A DNA stretch of 63,871 bases, filler included, from Octopus bimaculoides (Eukaryota): assembly GCF_001194135.2 (NCBI RefSeq). It is 5 parts of 5 records of this genome, joined end to end, with 100 filler letters (N's around TTAATTAATTAA, not from the genome) between each part and the next. Parts side by side here need not be neighbours in the genome. Positions count along the whole stretch, not along the records: positions 18,041 to 38,661 come from NC_068984.1; 4 more parts are not named here. One strand, written 5' to 3'. Numbering within the stretch: the first letter of the stretch is position 1; every line of letters begins with the position of its first letter. Shown piece after piece: positions 24,750-36,749 of the stretch. A program made the position numbers and the translations under genes. A model generated the notes under the pieces. The model had not been told where the DNA came from and made no database searches. It saw only the letters and a list, made by a program, of their open reading frames with translations.

Positions 24750-25670
24750 TGGGGCATGTTTTTGTGGTTAACAAGCTCGCTTTGCAACCACATAGTTTCG
24801 ACTTCAGTTCCACTGCGTGAGTACCTTGAGTGTCCATCTTTTACAATAATCGTGGGCCAACCAATACCTTGTGAGTGAATTTGGTAGACGAAAACAGCGG
24901 GGGAGCACGTTGTATATGTGTGTGCCTTTATTTGTCCCTCGCGGCTTCACAACCGTTGCTGGTTTCGTGTAAATCCTCAAAACTTAGCGGTTCGGAAAAA
25001 TGACTGATAGGACACCTCGTCGTCGTCATGCATCGTACACTGGCAGCACATTGATGACACTACAATGAGCCTTCCCTATTCTATGCGAGTTTTCCAACAG
25101 CCTTGCCACACTTTTCTGACCAGCTCGTGATATTGACCATTCATTGCATTCTTTGCATGCCCCTTGAACTATTACCCTCCATTATTCTTTCCATGATATG
25201 TTTTTTTTTACTTCTGCTCTTTCGAATATAGCCATAACAGATTAGCTTTTTTTTTTTTCACAATGCTCTAGAGTTTCTTTCACCTATTTGTTGTAACACA
25301 GTTGGTCCTTGTAAGAGTCTCGTAACCTTCTCCTATATACCCACATTTCAAACGTATTGATTATATTCTCTTCAAATGTGTCCAGAGTCCATGCTTCGCA
25401 GTCATAAATGCCTATTGGCCAAATGAGCGATCACGCTTGTCCCGTTTTTAACTTAAGACACTTTTGCTGCTCCATATGTTATTAAGCTTATACATGGACG
25501 TTCCTGCCATGCCTAGCCGTGTCCTAATTTATTTTTACATCGGGCTTCATTGAACACCAACCAAACTTTAAAAATAAGTACTTCGGTTGATTTGTTCGAC
25601 TAAGTACATCAAAGTAGTACTCCAGCATGGCCACAGTCCAATGAATGAAACAAGTAACAGATAATAGATA
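24750..25670 (+). mobile_element. SINE family B split by an RTE insertion
   Basis: Family B head and body to about 25011; the tail (GATTTGTTCGACTAA...CCAGCATGGCCACAGTC) resumes at about 25560. Confidence 0.7.
25017..25553 (-). mobile_element. RTE-clade LINE 3' fragment
   Basis: Minus translation TRLGMAGTSMYKLNNIWSSK, IWPIGIYDCEAWTL and FEMWVYRR; (GAC)n tail; possible 5-bp TSD ACACC (25012-25016, 25554-25558). Confidence 0.75.
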
Positions 25671-27297
25671 AAGATTTCGCAATTTCTATTGTTTCTCCTC
25701 ACCAGTATTTCTTGTTTCAGCTTCAATTTTGTGGAGTCACTGGGTTCGTAAAAGACAGATAGACACGTTGGAATAATGGCGCCTTGTTGTTGCCTGAAAA
25801 AGGAAGGTTACACATGAAAATTTAGTTGTAGACATACTGAAATATGGTATGGAACGTCGTTGTTCACAGAATTTCCTGGGGAAATCTGATTTAAGAACTA
25901 CAAAAACATTAACACTAATAATAATTGAAGTATAACATGCTATAGAGCGAATTTTTTTGTGTGCGCAATTGTATATATATCTTTACATACAAGTATACAG
26001 AAACATACTCACTGCATTCATGAAACACACACGGAGACAATGATGATAGATAGTTGATTGCTATATAGAATAAATAGAGGTGTGTTGCTATAAAACGCTT
26101 TCACATTTTATCGAATTGACCTGTCTGAATTTGTAGATCGATTAATATTGCATTCTATGAGAAAACATACATTTATGTATATGGGCGTATACATACATAC
26201 ATACATACATACATACACACATACATACATACATAGCATAGCATAGAGTATAATGAATTTATTTCGTATTAGAATATATTTCTAGCCTTCTCCAAGAGCA
26301 ATTTTCCACCTGTGACTGAGACAAGCAGGTCTACTTACGTAATTTTGATGATTTTGATAAACTGATCTCGTAACGTGGTTACAACCACGCCTGTATTTGT
26401 ATATAGATACCTACCTGTCTATATGTATGTATGTATGTATGTATGTTTATCAGTTTTTAGACCAGAATTTTCTCTGTATGAATCATAACTCCATCTTGAA
26501 ATTGCTTCAGATCAAGGCTGGTCAAAAAAATTGCTTTTCTTATCTGAAATAAATGCCTTGAAGATGAAATATGATAAAATCATTCACTTTACATCGTACA
26601 TTCTCCTAATCCAACTTAAGTCACGTAATGTTAACAAAGTCTTTCTATTGCAAATAATATACCGGAACATTTGATGAGATTCACGCACGAAAAGACTTCC
26701 ATAGCGCGCTACATTTTCTTCACTGATTGGTCAGGCACTGATCTTCACCTTTATCCGTGACACGCGGTGATTTGTATCTTTATGTGTCCTATAGAAGTTA
26801 ATACCGATAATCTCTCAAGGAAATTAATGTTCGTGAAAATTCCTTAGTATTAAGCTAACTGACCTTTTGCCAGCTGTGCAGATATCGTTGGTTTGGTCAA
26901 GATCGAAGAAACGTTAAGCACACACGAAAAAAATTGCGATCATGTTCTACATGGTTTTTGAGTGTTATGTTACCAAAGAAGTAAAATAAAATAAAATAAA
27001 CAACAGAATAACACAAGTTGTATGTGTGTATGTGTGTGTGTTCGTGCGTGCGAGGGAGCTTCATAAAATACTTTTTTTTTTACTTACTATTTCAATATTT
27101 GTGTGTGTTGGTATATATGTGTGTACAAAATTCTATGCATGTGAAGTACATATAATATTTGAGTAAAATTACGAACCACATATATATGCACTTATGTATG
27201 TAATGTAGGTCTTACCCAAAAACAATTTTCTGAAAGGCGACCGCTTTGTATAAACACAATGTGTTTGTATCAGTCTGTTTGTGCATCTGTCTGTCTA

Positions 27298-27413
<116 letters not shown>

Positions 27414-28604
27414 CATATATGTATATGTATGTATGTATATACGTGCGCGTATGGGTGTAAGCATATGAAAATGTATAATATGATATACACAGTTATGTGT
27501 GCATGCATAACCTTTCATGTATGTCAAGCACAGATAGTTCAGCCATTTTATTAGAATCGTTGGCTGAAAAAGAACACGACTGTCAAATTCCTGAAAGCTG
27601 AGAGAAGTTCAGGTGAGTTGAAATACATAATGAGTGACAGCTAGGTGTTTGCTTGATAAACAGAAATATACCATATGTTTAACAACTTGTTTTGAAAAAG
27701 AATACTCCGAAATTACATTAGCTTCAATCTATAGTCTGTCTTAACTCATAGGTGCCTGAGAATAACTTCGTATTTATACATTCGCGGATACACTGGTGGT
27801 ATATACTTGTATTATCAAATGAAAAACAAAGTGGAAACGAATAACTAAGATGAACCACTGCCATATTAAACACATTTAAGTACGAGCCATCCTGCTAAAT
27901 ATTGCAGCCAACTCTTTTTTTAAATAGACATCATATTATCGTAAAACAGTAAACACATTGGATTAAATAGACTCAGGTACAATATGTTTGAAAGTGTAGA
28001 CAAGAAAATCCCTGCTACATGTCTTTGAGCTTATTTGAGCTTAAATTAGGACTGGCCGGCTAACTGACAACAGACATACATTTACAATATTGCAATTAAG
28101 TTGTATTTGTTATGTCGCTAATTAATAATGACAGTCACAGTTTAATTACTTTGCTAATTTGTTACTTTTATGATCTAAGTAAAACATTAGAGTTACTGCG
28201 ACTTTGGGGGTCACTGGAGAGTTCTCATAAATGTGGCAACGAATATTATCGAATTTGTGATAGGTCTTTATTAACGAAACAACACTTATTGTTCAAAATG
28301 TTAATAACAAAGAAAATTGTTTTAGTTAATTAGTAAAATAACTTAGAATCTTTCAAAAAAATATTTTCCTGAAGTCAGGAATTCTAAGAATTTACCCTTC
28401 CTTCAATGCGCATATATACATATACATACAAACATACACACGCACACACATATATATATATACACATATACATACATACGTAGATACATCGTACATTTGT
28501 ATGTATGTATGTATGTAGGAGAATTTACGAAAAACAACAGACGAAGACAGGTTGTGTAAACAACAAATGGATGTATTAGTTTAACGCTCGGGAATAGAGA
28601 AAGT

Positions 28605-28639
28605 CTTTGACGTTTCGAGCTACGCTCTTCAACTGAAAG
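28605..28639 (-). ncRNA. Degenerate minimal hammerhead motif in a PLE-like terminal repeat
   Basis: Reverse complement CTTT-CAGTTGA-A-GAGC-GTA-GCTC-GAAACGTC-AAAG: stems I, II and palindromic III intact, but the CUGANGA core carries two substitutions. Confidence 0.5.
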
Positions 28640-29219
28640 GAACACAGAAAGAAATAAGGAGAAAAACAAGGAGAAAAAAAAATATATAAATGTAGTGGTC
28701 AGCGATCTATCATGGCGAACGTATGTATGTATGTATGTATGTATGTATGTATGTATGTATGTATGTATGTATGTATGTATGTCATAGACGTAGGCGTAAC
28801 TGTGTTGCAAGAAGCTTGCTTCCGGTCGTTGACTGAGGTCAGAATTGTTTTTGGTCTGTAAGGAATTTTATCGTTTTATATTGCATTTGTTACTGTTGGA
28901 CTTATTGTATTTATGTATTATTGCTGAACTTCATATATTTGTATTATTGCTGAACTTCGTGCTGTTGCCCGGTGTACCGGGTGATAGAAATTGTTATTTC
29001 GTTTTGTACCCATTGTGGCAAATTTTAAACGAAATACTGAAAAAAAAATTGGACTTGTTAAAGTCGTTTTAGACTTTATTTTTGTGAACCCCCTCCTCCT
29101 GCGGGGCGGGATTTGAAATATTGTCAAAATGTTTATAAACTGTTTTTTCGAAAATTATTATCAGTTTTCGTTGTGGAAAACCGATTTTTGTTATATTTTC
29201 TTGTGTAATTAATTTCGGT

Positions 29220-29880
29220 CGAGCATGTCGGTCGAAATTATGCATGAAAAATGCACTCTCGAAGAGAGAAATGTTAACTCTGTTAGAAAGTTTTCGGTGG
29301 TTGCCGCTGTGGCAACCGAAAACATTGATATTCCTGTAGAGAAGCTACAGGAAGGGATTAATGTTGCCGGATGCGCCCGTACGGTAGAAACCTTGCGTGG
29401 CAATGATGCCACAATTAGGTCTCTGGTGGATGGATGACAATGGGTGTTCGGTCGAAGGACGGGACGAGACGTGTGTGAGGCGCTTTACAAGCACTTTGCC
29501 GAGTTGTTTGGGAGGAGTGAGACGCTGGATCATGTCGAGGACCTTAGGGAATTCCTGTCTGATGGCCCCCGTCTCTCGGCATGAGAGGCTGAGTGCTGTG
29601 AGGGGCCAATCACAGCCGAAGAGGTGATCGAGGTGCTGGGCGAATGCCCCGGGGAGAAGTCGCCGGGTCTCGATGTTCTACCTTATGAATGTCATAAAAG
29701 CATGCCAGACTTGTTCAGGCACTTGCTGGCTAGCGTTTACGCCAACTGGCAGCAGAATGGGAGAATTCCCAAGTCTGCAAGCAAGAAGGTGGTGACGTTG
29801 ATAAAAAAAGACCCAAGCAAGGGGTACGAGATAAATAATTTTAGGCCTATAACTTTGCTATACGCAGAGTTAAAGATTAT
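29220..29880 (+). mobile_element. L1/Tx1-clade LINE fragment, internally deleted
   Basis: EKSPGLDVLPYE...FRPITLLYAELKI (pre-RT/RT domain 1), homologous to 46300-46570. Confidence 0.8.
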
Positions 29881-29937
29881 TTAGTAATATATATTTTTAA
29901 CTTTGATCCGTTAATAAGTAGAAGAATAAGATAAATA

Positions 29938-30015
29938 GCCTGAGGACGCACTGGTGGATTTATGTATTAGGTATAGCCTTTATAAACACTCCACGAGCGC
30001 AGAAACACGTGTAGC
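29938..30015 (+). ncRNA. Type-I hammerhead ribozyme motif with long stem II
   Basis: GC-CTGAGGA-C-GCACTGGTGGA...TCCACGAGCGC-A-GAAAC-ACGTGT-A-GC: intact core, stem II 9/11 paired, stem III palindrome ACACGTGT, GUA triplet, stem I only about 2 bp. Confidence 0.6.
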
Positions 30016-30708
30016 GTTGATTAAAAATATCTTCTTTCCCCACAGACTAATAACAGGTAAGTTATATAGATTTTTCAAATATTTTTTAAAATAATTTTAT
30101 TGTATTTTATGATAGTTTTTTAAATGCTTATATTATTTTATTGGACAAATCTTTCTATGTGTATTCCATACAATAATGTTATCCTGAAATAGGAGTTGCG
30201 GTTCTATTGGTAAAATCCCAAATTTGCAATAATGTTATATACATATATGAAGAGAGAGATAGATAGAGAGAGAGAGAGCGAGCGAGAGAGATTTAAATTT
30301 GTATAAAAACAATTAGCAATTTGTTGTGCTTAAGCAGAATGATTTAATGAGAAATGTTTTAATGAAAGTAAATATATTTCTGTAATGGTAATTGCAATAG
30401 CTCAGTTGAATATAAGGCAGACTAAATATCCAAGAGGCTTTGGTTCAAATACGGATTGTGAAATGTTGGTGCATTTCGGTTTTCTTCATGAAATAATTGT
30501 AATTGAAATTTCTATTGCTCAAACCATATAGCAAGTATAATTGAAAGGACGGTTTTCGTAGACATGCACATACACATACATACATACACATGCACATACA
30601 CTCACACGCACACACACACACGCATATATAGGTATCGCCGAGTAATCATTATGATAAGGCACATACACACACATCATATATACACACATATATATATATA
30701 AATATATA

Positions 30709-30754
<46 letters not shown>

Positions 30755-31490
30755 TGTTTATGTGTTTTGTATTTTGTTTACATGAGCATGCATGATCTTT
30801 GTATACATATATCATTTGATTGTTTCTGCTTGAAATATTAAAGGATTTATACATACACAGGCACACAGACTTGTATGCATCTCATATGTGCAGAAACTTA
30901 TTCATGAATTATAAAAGCAATTACTGTTGTTGTTGTGGTTGTTGTTGTTGCTGCTGCTGCTGCTGCTGTTCGTTATTGTTCTTGTTGTTGCTGCTATTGT
31001 TATCATTGTTGTGGTTCATGTCTTTGTTGTTGCTTTTGTTGTTGCTGCTTCGGCTGTTATTCTTGTTCTTGTTTTTGTCGTAGCTGTATTACATTATAAC
31101 AGGATTTTATACAATCTCCAGAGTGTATATCTTCTTTACTTTTATGATTATTTACATGAAACATTTGAGTATGTTTTCCTGAGATTTACCATACAATTGA
31201 GGATTATATCTTATCTACATTACAGTGATACAGATTTACAACATATACGGAGGCTTATTTTTTTTTTCGTTTTTCCTTTTTTTTTTCAAATAAAAACTTT
31301 AAAGTAAGTAAAATCTATAACACAACTCAGAGTTACAGTTTATGTAAAAGAATTTTTTTGTTCTTTTTACATACACAATACTACTAAGAATATAAACATA
31401 TACATGTACATACGTACATACATACACAAACACTTTTCTATACACACATATATGTATACACATATATACATATAAATATGTATATATCTG

Positions 31491-31522
<32 letters not shown>

Positions 31523-31917
31523 TGTATGTATGTATGTATGTATGTATGTACCAAGTAGATAGAAAAGATTGTATGCAAAATTTTTTCGATGAATTCAAAT
31601 TTAACATTGAGTTGCAGACAGAAGGCAAAACGTTTGCAGTACGATAAATGACTGTCGAAGAAAAAGGGAAATAATTTTAAAGATTTGGTATTATTTTCAT
31701 TAGAAAATTGTTTTCTTTTCATTTTTAGTGATAGGGATTAACTTTTGATAATAGCAAGGGTTCAGCCACATGTATCATTTTTATTGCATCCCGTAAAAGA
31801 ATTATGGACTTGTTAAGTCTGCGCAGTCATTGAACTGAGAATATTCAAAAAGTAAATATATGTATGTTTGTATGTATGTATGTATGTATGAATGAATGAA
31901 TGAATGAATGTATGTGC

Positions 31918-31951
<34 letters not shown>

Positions 31952-32454
31952 TTAGGGAAAAGAACCAAGGTTCATGAACTCATCGATGAAAATCCACTGT
32001 CACATATAGAAAAATTAATAAGTAAAAGCACAATAAATAAGTATAATATAGTACAAAGTAAATATCATAAGATAAAAATAATGAAACGACTACACGTGTT
32101 TCATAACTAATTTTCAAATAGAAAGAAAATTTAAATCGATTAAGATCGATTAAAACTATCGAAAATCAATTCTATTCAAAAATATAGCTAATCTTCAGTT
32201 CAAAATACAACAATAATAATAAAAGAATGCATATATCAACCAACAATAAATAACAAATGAATGTATATAAAATACTTATTATATTAAGATAGAAAAATAT
32301 TATTATAAATATCAAAATAATAAACATTACATAATCAACCCTACGTCCATTATAATATAAGCTAACAGGAATATTAAATGCAAAAACCAACTTAACGAAT
32401 TTTTCGTTTAAAATACAACTTGAACGAAGTTTTAGGTTAGAATAATAAAGATAG

Positions 32455-32552
32455 AATTAAGAAGAGTTAGTCGAATGAATCAAGGTGTCACGCAGTGGGA
32501 CTGAACGCGGAACCATGTGGTTAGGAAGCAAGCTTCTTACCACACAGCTGCA
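32455..32552 (-). mobile_element. SINE family B head fragment
   Basis: GGTGTCACGCAGTGGGACTGAACGCGGAACCATGTGGTTAGGAAGCAAGCTTCTTACCACACAGC is the reverse complement of the family B tRNA-like head. Confidence 0.75.
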
Positions 32553-33130
32553 TACAACAGTTTACTCAAAATAGCCACCATCAGTTTCCACTAAGGCCTC
32601 AAGAAGATTTCATACGTTCATCACTATGTCTCATAGATCTTCGCCGCCAGCTCGGCCTTGGTGTTACAGACAGAAGGGTTGCTGTATTTCTCAACCGCGC
32701 CCAATACGCGGTAATCCATGGGATTATATGGGATTGCAGCTGAGGGAATCACGAGACTAAAATTGAAGCTGGTGAATTCGTGGAAATTCTCCGACAATGG
32801 TAACACTTTCCGGAGGTATGGAAAGAAGCCAATCCCTGCTACAATACATATGGCCTTCCAGCCGTGACTATCTCTAACCAAAATTTGACCAAAGTCTCCA
32901 ACAGCTTCAAATAGTCATCTGAATTGAATCGATGTCTCTATTCGAAGATTTGGAGCGGCATGACGTTACCCTCAGAAGTAATATATCCAAAGGCTATTAC
33001 ACTTGGACGAACTTGGTTTTCATGACGTGCGTGTCAAGCCTTACAGCCTTTATATTGTTTACAGAGCATAGAGCAGCAGTGTTAATGTCGGCAGCGTGAA
33101 GCCCGTTGCGAATATTCATGATACAGGTAA
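32553..33130 (-). mobile_element. maT-like transposase 3' fragment
   Basis: Minus translation AFGYITSEGNVMP...AGRPYV...NPMDYRVLGAVEK...CNTKAEL parallels the element at 5672-6950. Confidence 0.75.
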
Positions 33131-33719
33131 CTCTTTTCCAATATTCGGATGGTTTCCAGTCTTCCATATCAGCTAACGTTTTCTCAACTACAACCTTAAT
33201 CCTTATGCTTTACAACACAATTGACTGTTCGCCAATACATCAAGCTGTTCTTGAAAGAAAGCGGCACAAAAGCCGTCAAATTTAACCTGAAGGCCTTGTA
33301 TGTGAATGTGTGTGCGTCAGTGTGTGTATGTGTATGTGTGTGCGTGCGTATGTGTGTGTGCGTATGAGTGTGTGCGTGCGTCAGGAAGTATGAGAGGCGA
33401 ATATAGATTTATTTAACCACGTGTTTTCCATTAGATTACGGCCTTTTCGCAACATTTTTTCATGTAGTATTAATTTCAGTAAACAAGAAATTATGTGTTT
33501 ATGTATTAATGTGCGTACAGCATTATAATCAAATCTGTTGTATATTCACAAATTAATTCAAATAAGCAACACTAACTAATCAGATTACCAGAACATCACA
33601 GTTGCTTCAACATTTAAACTCTAAATATACACATTAAATTCACTCTTTTGTATGGAAGAGTGAAAGAGGACAAAATTACCGAGTCCGTTGGAGGAGCTTA
33701 CTGTGATAACTGCATGATC

Positions 33720-33778
33720 CTCTGAATTCATAAAGACATGAGCATGAGTGTGTGTGTGTGTGTGTGTGTGTGTTTGTT

Positions 33779-33825
<47 letters not shown>

Positions 33826-35120
33826 NNNNNNNNNNNNNNNNNNNNNNNNNNNNNNNNNNNNNNNNNNNNNNNNNNNNNNNNNNNNNNNNNNNNNNNNNNN
33901 NNNNNNNNNNNNNNNNNNNNNNNNNNNNNNNNNNNNNNNNNNNNNNNNNNNNNNNNNNNNNNNNNNNNNNNNNNNNNNNNNNNNNNNNNNNNNNNNNNNN
34001 NNNNNNNNNNNNNNNNNNNNNNNNNNNNNNNNNNNNNNNNNNNNNNNNNNNNNNNNNNNNNNNNNNNNNNNNNNNNNNNNNNNNNNNNNNNNNNNNNNNN
34101 NNNNNNNNNNNNNNNNNNNNNNNNNNNNNNNNNNNNNNNNNNNNNNNNNNNNNNNNNNNNNNNNNNNNNNNNNNNNNNNNNNNNNNNNNNNNNNNNNNNN
34201 NNNNNNNNNNNNNNNNNNNNNNNNNNNNNNNNNNNNNNNNNNNNNNNNNNNNNNNNNNNNNNNNNNNNNNNNNNNNNNNNNNNNNNNNNNNNNNNNNNNN
34301 NNNNNNNNNNNNNNNNNNNNNNNNNNNNNNNNNNNNNNNNNNNNNNNNNNNNNNNNNNNNNNNNNNNNNNNNNNNNNNNNNNNNNNNNNNNNNNNNNNNN
34401 NNNNNNNNNNNNNNNNNNNNNNNNNNNNNNNNNNNNNNNNNNNNNNNNNNNNNNNNNNNNNNNNNNNNGGGGGGGGGGGTTCAGTCTGTGGGTGTGTTTC
34501 TGGAGTTGTTAGCTAACTTCTCCTACATTGTTTCATCGATTTTGATGAAACTTGACACATGAGTAGAACTCATGTCTGGAAACCTCATGGCATACTCAGA
34601 TTGTTAAAAAAAAATCGACAATAGGGCCCCTGGAAGGGATCCTTATATATATCTAATATATTTTATTTTAAAAACCAAGGGAAGTAACCCATTCACCCCT
34701 GGAAGCGATCCTTATACATAGCCAAGGGAAATAAGCCATTAATTTTCCTAAACTATTTGGTAAAAGGATATTGAGTATGATTATTTCTTAGTATTTGAAC
34801 TGTTAGAGTTATTTTCGCAATTTATCCAGCTCAACCCTTAAACAGATAAATAGTATTTTCCTAAACAATAGATCCACTTATTTCGGTTAGTGACTTATTC
34901 GCGAATATGCCAACACTAGCGACGCTGAGGGTAATATTCTCTGGGAACTCACAAAAGCCCATTTCAGAGTTATTTACTTTGAATTGTTATTATCTCATAT
35001 CTGATTAGCCTGTTATTACGTAACATGCTTCACTATTTTAGTATACATACGTTATTAGTATTTCCTATATTCTATATACTCTGGGAACGCATTAAAGCCC
35101 TTTTCGGGGCTACTTTATTT
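33720..35120 (+). mobile_element. Putative non-autonomous Helentron-associated (DINE-1/HINE-like) element
   Basis: (GT)n run followed by CATCGATTTTGATGAAACTTGACAC core-like motif, internal diverged repeats (CCCCTGGAAGnGATCCTTATA x2; CTCTGGGAAC...AAAGCCC x2) and a 3' hairpin AGCCC/GGGCT (35096-35111) followed by a T-rich tract; spans an N gap. Confidence 0.45.
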
Positions 35121-35470
35121 GANNNNNNNNNNTATATATATATATGACGGTCGAGGTCATAAGTCTTTTATTATCCAAAGGGGTTTTTTCAACGTAATCT
35201 GCACATGTCATTGTTTATAGATTTACGTAAGGCGATGAGTTGGCAGAATCGTTAGCACGATTATAATTTTATATGTGTTTACTTCGAAATATTCCAAAGA
35301 AGAATATATATATATATATAGTCGCTTTTAGCTGAAGACTATAATTTTCCATTATGGTTTAACATTGCAGGTAGCTATTTTTATTAACTTTTGTATACAC
35401 ATTAGCAATCTGCTATGGAAAGTAATATATTCTGGTAGGCTAGTAACCCGGAATTAACCAAACGAGCTGA

Positions 35471-35522
35471 CCTTACTGACGATGGCTACGGAAATAGCCG
35501 AGACTGACCGGTCAGTCTAGAG
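35471..35522 (+). ncRNA. Type-I hammerhead ribozyme motif with A14G variant
   Basis: CCTTA-CTGACGA-T-GGCTA-CGGAAA-TAGCC-GAGAC-TGACCGGTCA-GTC-TAGAG: 5-bp stem II, perfect 16-bp palindrome GACTGACCGGTCAGTC at stem III, GUC triplet; GAAAC reads GAGAC. Confidence 0.65.
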
Positions 35523-36749
35523 AATTCTTGGTTCAGTGTTCGGGGCGATTGCAGCCCCTATCAGAATATATGTTATGTGCTTTATAACAGCATTGGGACA
35601 TTTTAGCTTTTATTTCTAGCAACGTATGTGTCTTGACACACTTAGTCACGTTTAGTTGGCGACTATAATTCTCCTTTACGATTTAACTTAGCAACTAACT
35701 GTTTTTATTAATTTATACACACAAACACAAACACACACATACACAAACACAAACGTATACGCCATTACATTTTATTACTACCGATCAGATATAACCTGGT
35801 ATATTTTGATCGTAATCCACTTATTGTTATTATATATTCAGGAACAAATTATTTATTGGTGTTTTACATCCTTACTTATATGTTTCTGATTGTCTGTCTA
35901 TCGTACCTCACTCTCATTGTTCCCTCTCTCTCTCTCTCTCTCTCTCTCTCNNNNNNNNNNNNNNNNNNNNNNNNNNNNNNNNNNNNNNNNNNNNNNNNNN
36001 NNNNNNNNNNNNNNNNNNNNNNNNNNNNNNNNNNNNNNNNNNNNNNNNNNNNNNNNNNNNNNNNNNNNNNNNNNNNNNNNNNNNNNNNNNNNNNNNNNNN
36101 NNNNNNNNNNNNNNNNNNNNNNNNNNNNNNNNNNNNNNNNNNNNNNNNNNNNNNNNNNNNNNNNNNNNNNNNNNNNNNNNNNNNNNNNNNNNNNNNNNNN
36201 NNNNNNNNNNNNNNNNNNNNNNNNNNNNNNNNNNNNNNNNNNNNNNNNNNNNNNNNNNNNNNNNNNNNNNNNNNNNNNNNNNNNNNNNNNNNNNNNNNNN
36301 NNNNNNNNNNTATATATATATATATATGCATACCTACTCACATACTAACAGATGGTTTATTTAAACTTAAATCTTTATCACGCAACTGCAGTCTTCAGGA
36401 TGTTTCTGCACACAATCTATTGCGACTATTCTTTATATTTATGTTATAGTTCCTGAATATTATGGTAATGTGGTAGACTTATTATTGTCTGTTGCGATGT
36501 TTCATTGATTATTTCAGCAGTTGTTTTGTCTCCACTGGTCCATCGGTCTATTGCGTAATTATATCCGTAGCCACTAAGTTATTATTCTCTTTATGTGTGT
36601 ATTGACTCTGTTGTGTGTGTGTCTATTTTCTTCCAATTTTCCTTCCGTTGAGCTTTTCTTTTTCTGTTTTCAACTTTATCTCCGGTATCACTAAATTGAC
36701 AATGTTTTTCATTGTATAATTTCTTGGTCATTTCATTGTATCTAGTGGA

